Positions 1-19,520 of a stretch of 64,000 nt of DNA are shown here, piece after piece; positions within the stretch are counted from its first letter, which is position 1, and each line of letters begins with the position of its first letter. The notes under the pieces were generated by a model. The model did not search any database. It saw only the letters and a list, made by a program, of their open reading frames with translations, and was not told the DNA's origin. The translations under genes and the position numbers were made by a program. Source of the DNA: the human T2T-CHM13v2.0 reference genome, Homo sapiens. The DNA is taken from NCBI RefSeq assembly GCF_009914755.1, contig NC_060947.1; one strand, given 5' to 3'.

Positions 1-1400
1 GGCACCTTTGCAGCTATGTTACTGAGCCCATGGTCACTGCTAGCCACTATGGCACCTTTGTGCTAGTTAGAAAGGGTATTTTCTCTCAAATTTAAAAAAT
101 CTTAACTTTGTGAGTATATCATCATACAGCCTGTGGCAGCCCTGTGATGTTAGGCAGCACACCCTGGCTGTATACATACAAGTACCATACTCTCATTTAT
201 GGATACATCCCCCAGACACCAGGGAGCACATTCCACTAGCAGCATGGATGCTCTGCACATCACCAAATTCTATCTGCCCAGTGAAGCCTCCTTGTCACCT
301 TTGGAGTCAGGCTTTAGGAGAGGGGGTGAGAAGTCGAAATTGGTTCTCTGAGAATATTAGGCAGGAGAGAAAAGCAACCTCAAGAAACTTCTGGAACATA
401 GTCAAGATAGTACATACCCAGCTACACATGAGTTTACCAGTGATGATGTATGTGCATAGCTGGGAGTGCCAGTATAGATGTAGATGTGAGAAGGCTCTTC
501 TACCACCTCATTCCAGAACTAGGCTGGGAAGCCAGAATCTCTGTGCCCACTTTGGTACCACTCACGCATAAATTGGCATATGTTACAATGTGAATATTAC
601 CCTCTTAGATGTAGTTCCCTTTTGCAGTACACAACCTGAACATCAGTACTCGCAGTCCTGACTCTGCCTCAAACCTGGTACCTGATACCTTCTTCCTAGA
701 GCCAGCCCTATTGCAAACATGGGCTAGCCTTCTGTCTGGCTTATTAAGTGCCACGAGCAGCTAAGCAGAGCTTTTTCATGCCAAATCAACAACTGTGAGA
801 GCTGGAAAGGGTCATAGGTATCCATAACACAATCCCTTCATATTTTGATAAAGAAACTGAAAACTTAAGAGATTAAGTGACTGTCCCAAGGTCAGAAAAC
901 TAGGTAGTAAAAGAGCCGCAAATTGACCCAAGGTCTTCCATCTCCTACTTTGTTGCTCTTTCCTCTCGTTAGGCTTTCTTTGGTTTGGGAGATTTGTGTG
1001 TGTTTGTTTTAAGATTTAAATAATTCTCACAAACTTTGTAAGCAAATTTTTATTGAGTCTGTGTGCGTTCTACTTCATGAATAATGAGGAAAAGGGAGGA
1101 AATGGGCAAGTTTTATCTTCACCACACATGCACTATTTGTTTTGTTTTTTTCTTTTAAGAGAGAATGATAAAATACTTCACTCATCACTCACTTTTTAAT
1201 TAAGAGCAAGAAACATCAAACTCTATTCACTAAACTTTTTAGAAGTAATTTAAAGTCCATCAGTTTTGAACTAAAGCCACGGTGTATTAATAAGGGGAAA
1301 GAGCACTAGATCCTAGACCTGGCCCTGCTTCAAACTCAAGGGTGGCCTTAGAACAGCCACTCAATCTGCCTGAGCCTCAGTTTCCTCACTGATAAAGCTA

Positions 1401-1460
1401 GACTTACTAGATGATTCTTTAGGACTTACTAGGTGATTTCTGGACTTACTAGATGATTTT
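1401..1460. repeat. Triplicated unit of about 21 bp at a MIR end
   Basis: gacttactag(a/g)tgatt at 1401, 1423 and 1443. Confidence 0.85.
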
Positions 1461-2048
1461 TTAGCTCTGATGATCTGCGATTCTGTGATAAGAAAGAAAA
1501 GATGGTTGACGGAAGGGAGGCGGCAGGGAGAGAGCTACAAGGGATATAGAATGTGAGAAGACAGAAAAAATGATCTGAGAAAGAGAGATGAATGGAGAGA
1601 GAGAAAGATGAGACAAAGAGGAAAACACAGGGAGAAGCAAAGAGGAAAGAGTAGTCAGAAAATGAAGAGGGAAGATGAATTCAGTGGGTTCTCTCTGAAT
1701 GTGTCAGGGTTACACTGCTGCCCACCACACCCCATCTCACCCAGACTGTAACTATTAGAGCAGATCCTGACATGTCCCCACTGCATCTGCCATTCACAGC
1801 TCTTTCTGCCTGGCAGTCCGCTCATCTGGCTTTCCTTTCACATTTCAAAGGCTATCTGTGAAATAAGGGCTGATTTTCCCACACAATTCCAAAGGTTATG
1901 CATCTGTGTGTACAATAAAAGTGTGAATTTGTGTGAGTGTAGTACAACGTGATGGCATGTCCTAAACCTGTCTTTTGCTATATCTGCTACTCCGGGCACC
2001 TTATCTGGAAATTCCAGGTCTTCCAATGACAATTCTTATGAAAATTTA

Positions 2049-4503
<2,455 letters not shown>

Positions 4504-5084
4504 GAAAATTTGATTTATTTTAAACAGAAACTAGACAATGGGTCTTCTTTAAAACATTCCTAATAGAGTACTGTTTCAGAAGACACACTACTTCTTTGTT
4601 TCATCTGTTAATGCGATTGGCTTATGTTCCCTCTTTGAGTCCTCTTTAACCTCTTTAGTCAGTCCTCTTTAGTCAGGCCAGTTTTCTAGCCTCAGCTGCC
4701 TTCCTTCACACCCTGCCATCAGCCTAATATTGACTTCACCGTGTAGGTATTATTCTCATAACACCCTCCTTTTGTAAAAATAAAGTCCCCATTTGGCCTA
4801 CACGATTTGGCCTACACCATTTAGAAATACTCATGATCTGACTGACCAATAGTCATTCTGGGAACTAACTTAGCTCTCTGCCTCCTTCCAAAATGTGAAA
4901 AGATCTGACAGACTCTTAAAGGCCAGTTACATACAGATGTTTATTTTTTCCCCTTCTCAATTCTACACTATAACCTTCCAGCCCCACCAAGTAAAACATA
5001 CCACAATTTAACACATAAATTATTCCACAGAATCAGAGAATGATAGCATATTCAGCCAGAAAAGGCCTTAGAGATCTGTTAGAC

Positions 5085-5250
5085 CAGCAATTCTCAACCC
5101 AGGCTGCACATATCAGAGAACTTTAAAAAAATACCAATACCTGGCCCCACCTCATGCCAACTGAATCAGAATTGCTGAGGGTGGGGCCTGGGAGCAGGTA
5201 TTTCTTAAATTTCTCCAAGGAGATTCCAGTAAGCAACCAAGATTGAGAAC
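5085..5250. mobile_element. MER5-family hAT MITE
   Basis: cagcaattctcaacc...gattgagaac termini; actgaatcagaa core. Confidence 0.7.
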
Positions 5251-5568
5251 TTAGTTCAACCCTTCATTTTACAGATAAAAACCAAGGTTATGGAGATTTA
5301 CTTCAGAATCCCAGAGGTGTCAATACATTTCTAAAGCCATCAGCTCATTCCATTTGACATTCAAAAGCCATCTGATTACCCTATCTTAGGTCTTTGAGAG
5401 AGTAGAGCTGACAATTCCCCAATACCTCAAGTTTACATTTGAAGCAGTTCTCCTCTTTGATTGAATTAAGTCCAAGGCAAGATCCAGAGGTTTCCTGCTA
5501 CTAATTTAAGTCAAAGCCCTCACATAGACTGAACAAACATACACCATGCCAATGTTGGTGTTGAAGGC

Positions 5569-7943
5569 CTATAGTCCATTTGTGCTGCTATAACAGAATT
5601 CCTATGACTGGGTAATTTATAAAGAGAGGAATATATTTCTCACAGTTCTGGAGGCTGGGATGTCCAAGATCAAGGTACCAGCAGGTATGGTGGTCTGGTG
5701 AGGTCTGTTGTCTGCTTTCAAGATGATGCCTTGTTGCTGCATCCTCTCCCAAGAGGAGGAACACTATGTCTTCGCATGGCAGAATACAGAATAGCAAGCT
5801 AGCTGAAGGCTGCATTAAGCCTCTTTTATAAGAGCCTTAATATCATTCACAAAGTAGAAGCCCTTGTGGCCTAATTACCTCTTAATGTCCTCACATCTTA
5901 ATATCATCACATCAATCTGTGAAATCAAACAAATCATGTTCTTCCGAAATACAATGTTGGGATATGCACAAGATAAACATTTCTATTCCAAAAATGAGAA
6001 GTAGGCAAGAAGAAAGAGGTAACAGGTCCAAAGTAATTCCAAAATCCAACAAAACAAACAACATTAAGTCTTAAGTCTTGAGAGTAATCTTTGACTCCAT
6101 GTTCCAATTCCCAGACACACTGGGGTGGGTGTTGGGCCCCCAAGGCCCCAGTGGATTCCACCTTCATGGCTTAGCTGGGTGCAACCCATGCCACAGCTCT
6201 CACAGGTTGGAGCCAGTATGACTGCAGCTCTCCCAGACTGGCATTGCATTCTGGTGGCTTTACAGGTCTGGGGTGTCAAGGGTGGCCATGTCCCAAAGCC
6301 CCACTAAGCATTGTACTAGTGGAGGATCTTTGTGGTGGCCCTGACTCCACAGTTCTGCTGAGTATTGCCCTAGTGAGGACTCTTTGCGGTGGCGCAGACC
6401 CCAAAATTCCACTGGGTATTGTTCTAATGGGGACTCTCTGCAGTGGCCCTGCCCCTGTGGCAAGTCTGTGCCTGGGTCCTGAAGCTGTACAAGACATCCT
6501 TTGAAATCTAGATGGATGTATCCATGCCTCCATACCTCTTGCACTCTGAGAGCCTGCAAAGTTGGCACCGCGTGGATACTACCGAGATGTATGGCTTGCA
6601 TCTTCCAGAGCAGTAGGCCAAGCCACACCTTGGACCAGCTGAGTCACAACTGGGAAGGCCAAAGAGCCCTGCACTGAAATATGGGAAGCAGAGATTTGAG
6701 TCAGCCCCAGGCAACAAGCCCTGGGATCTCACAGGTGCCCTGGACCGCATCAGTGTCCTGGGCCTCTACTTTGAAACCAGTTTGACCCTCAAGGCCCCGG
6801 CACTCTGGGCCTGTAATGGACATGACAGCTTTGAAGATCCCTAAAATGTCTTTGGGGTCATTCTCCCATTCTCCCGTCATCTTGATGAATAGCATCTGGC
6901 TTCCTTCTATCCATACCAATCTCCTTATCAAACTTTTTTTTTGTCACACTCTTGGTTTTCTCTCCTAAACATACTTTTTCATTCTTCACATGGCAAGGCT
7001 GAGAATTTTACAACTCTGTATGTTCCGATTCCCTTGTTTTTTTTTTAAATACATTCTGTCTTTAAGTCATTTCTCACTTTTTGCATCTTACTATAAGCAG
7101 TTAAGCTATTCAGCACCCTGAATGCTTTGCTGCCTAGAGATTTCTTCCACCAAAAATCCTCATTCATTGCTCACGAATTCTACATTCCACAGGGTCCTAG
7201 AACATGGACATAATTCAGCCAAGTTATTTGCCAATTTATAAAAAGAATGCTTCTTTTCCAACTTCATTCCTCATTTCCATCTAAGACTTCCTCAAAATTG
7301 TCTTTAACGTACATATTTTTACCAATGTGGTCATTCTGTTCACGACCACTTAAGTAATCTCCAAGAAGAATCAGGCTTTCCATACAGTTCATCTCTTCTT
7401 CCAAATCCTCACCAGAATTTCCCTTAGCACTCCACTCACAGCAATCAAGACTTTTTCCAGCATTCCCTTCAAAAGTGTTCCAGCCTCTCCCCATTACCCA
7501 GTTCCAAAGCCACTTCCACAGTTTTAGGTATTTTTTTGTAACAACCCACTGCTCTGGTACCAATTTCTGTCTTAGTCTGTTAGTACTGGGTAATTTATAA
7601 AGATCAGAAAATTATTTTTTACAGTTCTGAAGGATGGGATGTCCAAGATCAAGGTGCCAACAGGTTTGGTTGTCTAGTGAGGGCTGCTCTCTGCTACAAA
7701 GATGGTGCCTTGTTGCTGCACCCTCCAGAAGGGAGGAATGCTGTGTCCTCCCAGAGCAGAAGGTAGAAGGGCAAATTAGCCAAACACTGCATGAATCCTC
7801 TTCTATAAGGGTTTTAATTCCATTGATGAGAGAGGAGCCTTCATGGCCTAATCACCTTCTAAAGGCCCCATCTCTTTATACCATCAATTGGCCATTAAGT
7901 TTCAACACCTGAATTTTGAGAGGGACACATTCAAACCATAGTA
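5569..7943 (-). mobile_element. MaLR provirus (MSTC/MSTD-like) with two LTRs and internal region
   Basis: Homologous LTRs at about 5569-5915 (partly deleted) and 7568-7943. MST-int-like interior ends ctctggtaccaatttc; LTR terminus cattcaaaccatag. Confidence 0.85.
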
Positions 7944-8848
7944 AGGTCCCTGTCAATTATTTATCTAATGGAGAAGAGTATTCACTTGAAAAATCCAATG
8001 TGGTTGACAATCTAAAAACTCATTCTGTCCTGTTTTGGACTTTCTTTGTAGTTACTGTTAAGTTGAGAGTGTTTGCTGCTCTTGGGAGTATCTTCAAACA
8101 AAACAAGGAAACCACACTGAGAAGGCCTCACTTAGAAGGAACAGAAAGGCAGTCTAGTTTCCCTTTTACCCCCTGCTTAACTCATTCCTGCTGAGAAGAA
8201 ACAGTTCATCTCTCTGATGCAAGATTTGTTCTGGTTGCCAAATTCTAGTATCTTAGATCAGGTGGTACAGGGTGGCCTCTTAAAGCTTGAAACACAGAAA
8301 CCTCAGTGGAATAAAAAGGATTTCTATTTTCAGCAGCAGAAAGTAACCTGTTACTCCAAGAGGCAGAACAGGTGAAGAAAAATAAATAACTGAATAAATT
8401 TTAAAGTCTCAGTATCAGAGGATAACAAGTACAGGAAGAACAACTAGAATTTGAAGAGAAGGGTACCCCAAACCCTGCCATGCACACGCATGTCTCTAGA
8501 CATCTCATTACAAACAATAGACTCAGGGAGTCATTTCTTCTATTGTTATCTATATATCTTCTGGAGTGACAGACACATTTAAATGTTTGGGTCTCAAGAA
8601 CTTTTTTCTACATGCATAGTAAATACATGGAGTTGAAAGATCAGTGAAGTTATAAATAAGTAGATTTGTTGCTGAGGAAAATAATTGCTAAGAATGTCAA
8701 CCAAACGAGTCCATAAGCAAACACAGACACCAAACTGGAAAGACTTGCCAAAAGCCCCAGTATTTTTACCCAAAGACTAATTACTAAATCATTGCCTCAT
8801 TTTGAAATCCAAGAAAGCAGTAGATTAGACAGCTGTTGAATATCTTAC

Positions 8849-8980
8849 CTCATAAATCGCTATGTTGGAGTTTTCATAGGTAGCTGGAGTTAGACTCCCT
8901 GAAGAAAAGGAGAGTCTTGGGGACCTCCCACTTTGGACCTCTGAGGTAATCTGGAAGCTTACACTGGCACGACTTCCTCT
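8849..8980 (-). CDS. GUCY2F: GUCY2F exon 7 (Ser-rich region leading into the kinase-homology domain)
   Basis: Acceptor tttcacag|AGA, donor GAG|GTAAGA, 132 nt, phase 0-0. Encodes RGSRASVSFQITSEVQSGRSPRLSFSSGSLTPATYENSNIAIYE; cumulative 1701 nt. Confidence 0.96.
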
Positions 8981-10060
8981 CTGTGAAAGGATTAGGAAAG
9001 AAAAGTTATGACCAAAATACTCATGATTTGGCACAGAGCTTATCTGAATTTTCTTTTTTATTCCTAAGAAAATAACCATATGAGTTGAACCCTGTAAACA
9101 TGAGATTGATTCATTTTCCCTATCCTTCTGAACTTTTTTTTTCAGTTCAGTGTTGGTACCCTGTTTAACCACCATGCAGCACCAAAAAATTATAAAGGTG
9201 CTTCCACCTCCTAGAGAGGATTAAAATACAGATGGGGGCAAGAAAGAATGCCAGTCATAATTTAATCTGGGACCCTCACTTTATAGACAAAAAAGTAAGA
9301 CCAAAAAAAAAAGATGAAATAAGTTTCCTAATATCATATAGCTAGTCAATTATTTAGTTACAAGATTATTGTTTGTAAAAATCTGACATTTAAAAAAAAT
9401 CTATAGCAGACCTAGGACAGCATCCCACCTTGCTGACTCTCAGGAGTGGCTCTTTTTGTGATACTATGCTGAATGGCATACTTCTTTGTGCAGATAAGAT
9501 TAACGGCAGAGGGTATCCCAGAAAGCAATAATAGTAGAGAGTGAGCAGATCACATGCCTATATATAATTTATGAGTCTGATGCTTAAATAGGTCACATTC
9601 TCTATTTCTTGATTTTTGAACTTGCACACATAAGTCTGGTAGGAAAGGGCTCGGAACTGCACAGTTGAATGACAAGAGGAAGAGTTACCTGCAATCTGTG
9701 TTAACCTTTAAAATTGAACCTCTGTATCTTCAATTGAACCAGTAGACTTATTTCACATGAAGACATATAAGTCAACAGGTTCCTCATATTCTCCATACCT
9801 CCAAATGTGCCTTTCTTAGAATTAAAGCAATCCAGAGCTAGCCGTTACCTTTTGGTATTGTCTAGGAGTGCCCCTACCCTCAACTCCAACATCCTTATTT
9901 TATAATTAGGAAACAAAGACCTAGAGAAGTACATCGGGACTGGGACAAGAATCTTGGTATTATATTTTCTAGTCCTGTGCTCTCTCTACAACTACATTAT
10001 GCTTTATTTTACTTTGCTTGCCAATAAAAATTAATCTTAACTACTTCCCAACACTCTACC

Positions 10061-10127
10061 CCTTAATAGTCTTTGATCAACTAAAGATTACACCTTAGTA
10101 GTCTTTGATCAACTAAAGATTACACCT
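10061..10127. repeat. 32-bp tandem duplication
   Basis: cctta(a/g)tagtctttgatcaactaaagattaca occurs twice with one mismatch, followed by cct. Confidence 0.95.
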
Positions 10128-12954
10128 GAGTTAGCCCAGAGTTAAGCTCCTTCTATGAAGACTATCACAAAGTTCCAAGACAGTGGTAAACTCTACCCAG
10201 CCCGCAATGTGCTGAAATCTCAACAGCTCAAAATTCAGACAAGATGTAAAACTTGACTCTTCACATAACCTCTGTATCAACCTGAACACTCCCCAACAGA
10301 GCAAGGTCAGGGAGGAATCTATTTCCCTTTCATTCTTTATTTTCATATCTCAGCAGGAGTACCTAGATCTGTATATTGAGATATAGACCTCTCCATGAAG
10401 GGCAAAGGAGAAAGTGAGAGAATTGCCAAAATCCACACACATTTTGACTTCAGATTCATTTTCTTCTAAAAACTTCCTTTCTTAACCTGACTTCTCCTAA
10501 CCTGCCAATTTTTCTAGACAGAATTAATTTTATATTCACTAAGAGTTTACACTTTCAGACATTCCGTTTGGATGGAATTCTTGGCTTGGCTTCTTGACTG
10601 ATTAGGCACAGCCAGCTGCAAGTTTGTGACTACACAGCAATTAAGGAAAATGTATGCTTCCCCTATCTTTTCCCATCAGAACCTCCAATACAAGCCAAAT
10701 GCCAAAAGGGATCTGGAGGCCAAGAGCTATGTTCTTCTAGGGTAATGCCATCCTTTTCCACCTCGGCCAAAATAGTAAAAAAAATAAAATGAAATAAAAC
10801 AATTTATTTTTTTTTATTTACAAAAGAACATTCCCTACTATAAGGCTACCCATCCCTTATAAGAGTATACCAATCCCTTAGTAACGGTAATAGCCCTCTT
10901 ACTATTCATTTTTCTCACTCATATGGTAAAAAGTGATGACTTTTTATTCTCATGTCAAAATTTATGCACAAGTGAAAAAAACTATCATGGTGAGCAAGAT
11001 TTTAAAGCCCTAGGTACTTTGTTTACCTGAAGGTAGCACTGCTTAGCTATTTATGGTAATTTTGTGAGGCCTGGTATGCTTTAATCACCCAAATATGGTT
11101 TATGTCCCAGTATAAAAAAGAGGAGGCATAGGTGGAGGTCTTATAGACTACACTGGACTATTGCAAAGCCTATACAAATAAAAGCCTCATTCAATCCAAA
11201 ATTGAGCTATGTGTATCATTTTGATATGTTAGAGCTAAAACATCTAGGCAATTGATATGAACTGTCATTTTGACATGGATACCACCAAAGAAGTGGGGAT
11301 TTTACAAATAGGTTTATTGCTTTTGACTGAAACTTTACTATATTTTGCTACATTTAGACAATAACTTCTAGTCATCTACTTTTACTACTAAACATCCATT
11401 TCTCGATAAAACATCCTGTCACAAAAGTGAATACTTTTTTCTTAGTATTGGGTTATATATTAGGATTGCTTCCTAGCTTGTATTTTAACATCTATACTTT
11501 CTACTTAAGGCAGGAAATTTTATACAAGGCATGTTGAGTATGGCAAATCCAGACAAATTCCACTACCATGAGTCCTAGGGTCCTTTGGTGTCTCCAAAAA
11601 TGGGGACTAATATCAACAAATTTTTATGTCACAAGGGTGGAATGTAGGCTTCAGCCACAGTGACAGTTTTGGCTTTCAGCAATATGTTTCCAGGAACACA
11701 ATATTAACCTTACAAAAAGATCTGATGATTTAAATAAGTAAGAATTAGGGTTATAATTGAAAATTAAATCAAACAGCTGAACAATTAATTTGACTCCAAC
11801 TGCTCAGGGTAGTACCATGTAAATCCATTCTCACCCAGCCAACTAATTAAATATACCTTTCAATTTCACATTCAGGCAGAAGAGCAGTTTGGTCACTGAG
11901 ACAACAATTAATTCTCAAATCTGGCACAGTTGTGTAGCAAGAGTAAACGGCACATGAAGACAACATAATGTATTTGTATACTTTTCCTACATCCACTACC
12001 ATACTATAAATTACAGTCTAGTGTCTTTACTGTGGCCACATATACTAGCACAAGAAGACACACTAGCTAGCTTTGACAGTACTCTTCCCTACATATTCTC
12101 TTCTCCAAGCTTCTGTTTATACTGTTTCCTCTGCCTAGGACACCTCGCCTATGGGGCCAGACAGGTAATATAAAGACGTGAAATATGCTGAGTATAAGAC
12201 AATATAGAGTGGTGGGAATTGTATCAAACTGCAAAGAACACGCCTTTTCCACAAAACGCAACTACTACTGAGTTATAGCCGATTGTCATGATGAGATCCA
12301 AGGTTGACAGATCTTAAAACTTTTAAAGAAAACTCAGAAATCCAGATTTTTATATGTAATTTCACAATTTCAAAATTCTGGCTTTTTTTTAAATAACTGT
12401 GAGGGTGAAACAAAGGTGGTTACCAGTTTGTGACCTAAATAAACCCTATCATTCCTTCATTGACTCAGTTTTTGTGCTGAGTTTCTGAAAAGCCTCCCTC
12501 CACTGATATGCCTCCTCTGAAGTCCTACCACATTCTAGTTTCTTCGTACAACATGGTGCTCATTGTCTCTCTTGTGTGGTATGATTTGTCTCTCTAACTT
12601 AACTGTAATCCTCTTGAAATCTGGGACTACATGTCATCTTTCACAAGGCCTAGCCCCAGGGGTAGGACATAGAGGCACACCTTTAATGAAGATCACCAAT
12701 TACATTACAATCACAACCAGAGAAGACCTTTTGGTGAAATCCAACTCTTTCACTAGTTGTTTAATTCACCAAACCTTCACAAGCACCTACTATATTATAA
12801 GCATTATGTCAGGCTAACATTTTAAAAAATATATTGTTGCCCTTGAAGAAATAGCCATCAAATGTTGAGTCCAAATAAACAAAGAACTACATAAAGTCAA
12901 AGCTAAACTATTGCTCCAAGTGCACTGCATTCACTTCCACAACACTGTTCTAAG

Positions 12955-15543
<2,589 letters not shown>

Positions 15544-15566
15544 CAAAAGAAGAGGATACTCCTTAC

Positions 15567-15663
15567 CTTACTGCCAAAGTGGGGATTGATAAACGTTACA
15601 TCCTCCAAAGTCAGTAGAATTCTATTGGGTCCTTTGATCAACTGGATTTTATTTATACGACGC
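15567..15663 (-). CDS. GUCY2F: GUCY2F exon 6 (stop-transfer / juxtamembrane)
   Basis: Not in the ORF track; read manually. Acceptor gttttag|G, donor AAG|GTAAGG, 97 nt. Encodes RRRINKIQLIKGPNRILLTLEDVTFINPHFGSK; cumulative 1569 nt. Confidence 0.96.
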
Positions 15664-17684
15664 CTAAAACAAACATGAAATCAGAGGGTCACAAGGGACT
15701 GGGTGTTTTGGCAAAGCCAGGGTTAATTTGCCCTAAGATAGCACTTAAAGAATATACAAGGTATACAAGGTAATTGGGAGGATAATCACACATGGATTTT
15801 TACCATAGTACCCACAGGAAAAGAAGGAAGCAACCCTGGCCCGCACAACTTGCAGTTACAAAGACCAAAAAAGAAAAATTAAAATGCTCTTGAAGAGGCA
15901 CCAAAAGAGAGGTGCGAAGGCTCTGCATGGGAATGGTATCTCAGGCTAATAAAATGGTGATCCCACATCAAGGACACATTCAAAACAACACCTCTGAATA
16001 CATTTAAGGAACTCAACACCCTTTCTCATATGCCATAGTATTTATCCTAATAATACCAGGGCCAAGAATCATTAATCTCCATTTTATAGACAAAAACACA
16101 TTAGAGAAACAAAACAAAATTGAGCAAATTGGCATGAGATCTCCTAGCCTGAGGCAGAGCTGGAACTTGAATCCTTACTCCCTGGCTGTGGGCCCAGATT
16201 TCTGCCCATAAGACACTTGTCTTGTAAAGTTGCATCTATGTGTTGCCAAAGCAACAGGTTGAAAAGTGGAAAAATTCAGTCAGTTGGTTGCTTTGTCTAC
16301 ATGATTCCAAACAAGTAGGCTGACTGAGTTTTTTTCTTTTACTGAATTGGTCTCTTGTCTGAGCATTACAGACACAGTTTAAACCCGATTCTCTCTAAAC
16401 ATGCCCATTAATTTGTAGTGAATGTAATTATTTTCTACAGGTCAATTACTAGACATATAGGAGTTTATGATGTGTATTCACGCAGTCAGGTAGGTCTGAC
16501 TGGGTAACTTGAAGACCTGGAGGGAATCTTGATTAGTCGGTATGCTCGTTTTGTTGTTTTGTCTTGGGGGCTCTGACAGCTACAATTTGGCTTTGCTTTT
16601 TCCATAACCCCATAATGGTTACTCTGTGGAATGTGTTAAAGCCAAGAGCCATGGTGGAGAAAACAACCACTGAATCAAAATGCTTCGTCAAGTTGCTTTA
16701 AGGAGAAGTTTACAATGTCACTGCAGCTTTAAGTATCAGCAACTCAGTTTTTCTCAGTGATTCCACTGGTTTGTAAACAAACAATTAACGTGTTTCTAAT
16801 TGTCTGCCAACAAATATGTCCCTTATCACTGTGGGAGCTGCTGCCCTGCAGAGAAAATTAAAAGAGCCCTGTAGTGGATTCTTGGGTAGAGCACATGAAT
16901 CTTTTGGCAAAGTACAGCATCACTCCCTAACTGATCTGTTTCATATGTGTGGTGAATTGTCTTAAAACAGGCACACCTGTAAAAATAATCATGCTACAGA
17001 GTACACTCTAGTAGAAAGCAAACTGGACTCCCAATCCAGAGACCTGGGGTGTGGTGCAGATTCTGCCATTAATTAGCCAGGTCCAGGTGACCTTGGATAA
17101 ATAATTTATCCTCTTCATGGCTCAGTGTCCTCATCTATCTAGCAGGATAATAGTCCTTGCATTACCTGCTTTATAGAGTTGTTTTGAAAATCAAATCAGA
17201 TAATGTATGTGAAAGTGCTCTGAAAAGCATAAAGCATTATAAAAGTATGAGGGATCGTTATTATCATTATCATCATTAGTATAACAAAGCGCGGGAGAGC
17301 TTTATAGAAAGGCGATGCAATCTGGTTCCAGAGGAGTAGAGAGAAAGGAGGAGTTCAAAGAATCCTTTGTTTTGGGGTGGTTGGGTTCTTTGCATGTCTT
17401 TCTTTCTGAAAAAAAACTTAAACAATCAAAACATACAGAAAAGGAAGGAACAGAGAGTTACTCTCCTGCAAGTAATCACCGTCTATTACAGAATCTCATC
17501 AGCTGCTCAGCTCTTCTGATTGCAGCCGTGGTGGGCAGAGAGAGGGAGGAAGGCAGCAAAGAGGGGGTATCTTTTGTGCTTTGTTAGCTGAAGAACCAAG
17601 GACCAAGTGAGTCTGGGAAATGATGTACCTCTTTCCCATCTCTGAGTTTTCTGTGACCATTTGAAGTACGAATTGTCTCAAACT

Positions 17685-17748
17685 CATTTTCCTCTCCAAT
17701 CATTTTCCTCTCTAATCATGTCCCTCTCCAATAATTTTCCTCTCCAAT
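17685..17748. repeat. 16-bp minisatellite, 4 copies
   Basis: cattttcctctccaat unit with 0-2 mismatches per copy. Confidence 0.9.
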
Positions 17749-19520
17749 CTTTGCCCTTCAGCCCACAAGCTTCAAACAAACCCCTCCCCACTGTTTTTTT
17801 CTTTTCTTTTTTCCTTCCTTTTCCAAGAATTGCAGACTAGGCTCACTCAAAGCCCAAAGAACCAGTCCATACAGTGGGAAAGACCAGTGAAAACTGTCAG
17901 TTGCGGCGGTTGACAAGTAACATAAACAGCTGAGTGATTCCATTTCCCACATTGCCATGGGATGTTTTGGCATTAGGTAGACAGAGTCTGTCACTCCTCA
18001 AATCTCTCTAGAGAGGGAAGCTTTTTGATTGGATAGAGTTTATTTTTGCTAAGAATCTAATGATGTTAATTAAATACTTTATTCTTTGGCAGCAGCTAAG
18101 TTAAAGATATTAAATTTCTGTTCTTAGCAGGAATATGTCCCAGTTACAGAAATTAAAAGAAAAACTTCCTTTGAACTAGTGTCTTTATCAAGTGTTTTAA
18201 CAATTCATAAGTTACCTACGACTCTGTGCGACTTTATCAAATTTCTAATACTGGGGAAATTGGATAATAGAAGTTTTCACAGCTATGCTAACATTTTAAA
18301 CACTAAGAGTAACAACTGTTATGGTTTCAATCCAGGATTTCCCAGACTTATTAAAATATCAGAGCTGGGAGGGCTCTTAAACATCATCTAATCCAATTTC
18401 TTCATTGCGCAAATAAGAAAATTCCGGCCAAGAAAGGTTAGGGGGCTTACCCAAGGTCACACAGCTATTTAATACACTATAGAAATTTTTTTCTTACAAC
18501 TCACCAAAACAGCCTCACTCCATTCCCTACCAATCCATGACATATTGTTGTCAGGACCACCCTTACTAAGAGGTGACAATGATGTGGTTTGCAGGGTAGC
18601 AATGGGAAAATGGGATGGTTATAATTTATTTTATTTTTCACTTTCCCCCAATTATTCCAGTATGGAGAGGGTCCAAGTGTTAAAATGCAAAGTTTATAGG
18701 AAAGAGGTGTCATGTTAGGCCATCTTCAGCCACTTATCCCTGATTCTGAAGTAGCTCATTAGATTATTTGATCATGTACTAAGGGATCTGAGAGAGGAAG
18801 ACAAAACTTGATGATAATAAAGATGTTGATGATTAGACAGGATAACTTTTGCCCAAGGAAGCAAGATGGTAGAAATCTAGAATGTGATACCCTGGACAAA
18901 AGGCATGAGTATCAAAGTGAAGATCCTGAGCTTCCAACAATCAGCAAGAGAGTTCCTTGTGTCTGGGAAGGGGTTGAGATTTTACCATTTATTGAGCACC
19001 TACTATGAGTCACATATCGTTCTAGGTGCTTTACTTATTTTAGTTTACTTAATCCCCATTATAATCCTATGAGTTCATACCATTATTGCTAGAGCTTGGA
19101 TTCTAGCAAAATCTGCCTAATTCTTGGAATTCATTAAAATATCTCAATTCCATTCCCTATCATCACATATCATTTGGGCAAGGAGATGGTTATAGGAGAC
19201 TCTGCTAGGAGAAAGGAGAACAACGATAGGGAGTAGACAGGCCCTAAAGTACTAGTTCTCTTATTTCACCATTGTGTTGAGAGCCAGATCTATTCACAGG
19301 CAACAACACTGACAACACAGCTGAGGAAGTTATTCTTGGCATCATGAAAACACTTCACTCTAAATGGGGCCTGTAGGAATGGTAAACCACTGTGGAAAAA
19401 AGAAAATCAGTGGGTCATGTAATGAGGCAATTGTACCGAAACAGGACTTCCTGGAAATCAGTATTAACAAGGCTAATATGGGCTTGTATTTTTTATATAC
19501 AAAAATAACAAAAAATGTAC

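Noticed and set aside
110-571. 153-aa ORF on the plus strand
   Set aside because: GTG start, no recognisable domain or splice context, and antisense within an intron; likely chance in decayed repeat.
5934-6931. Dense overlapping short ORFs
   Set aside because: GC-richer decayed MaLR internal sequence with no intact gag-like frame.
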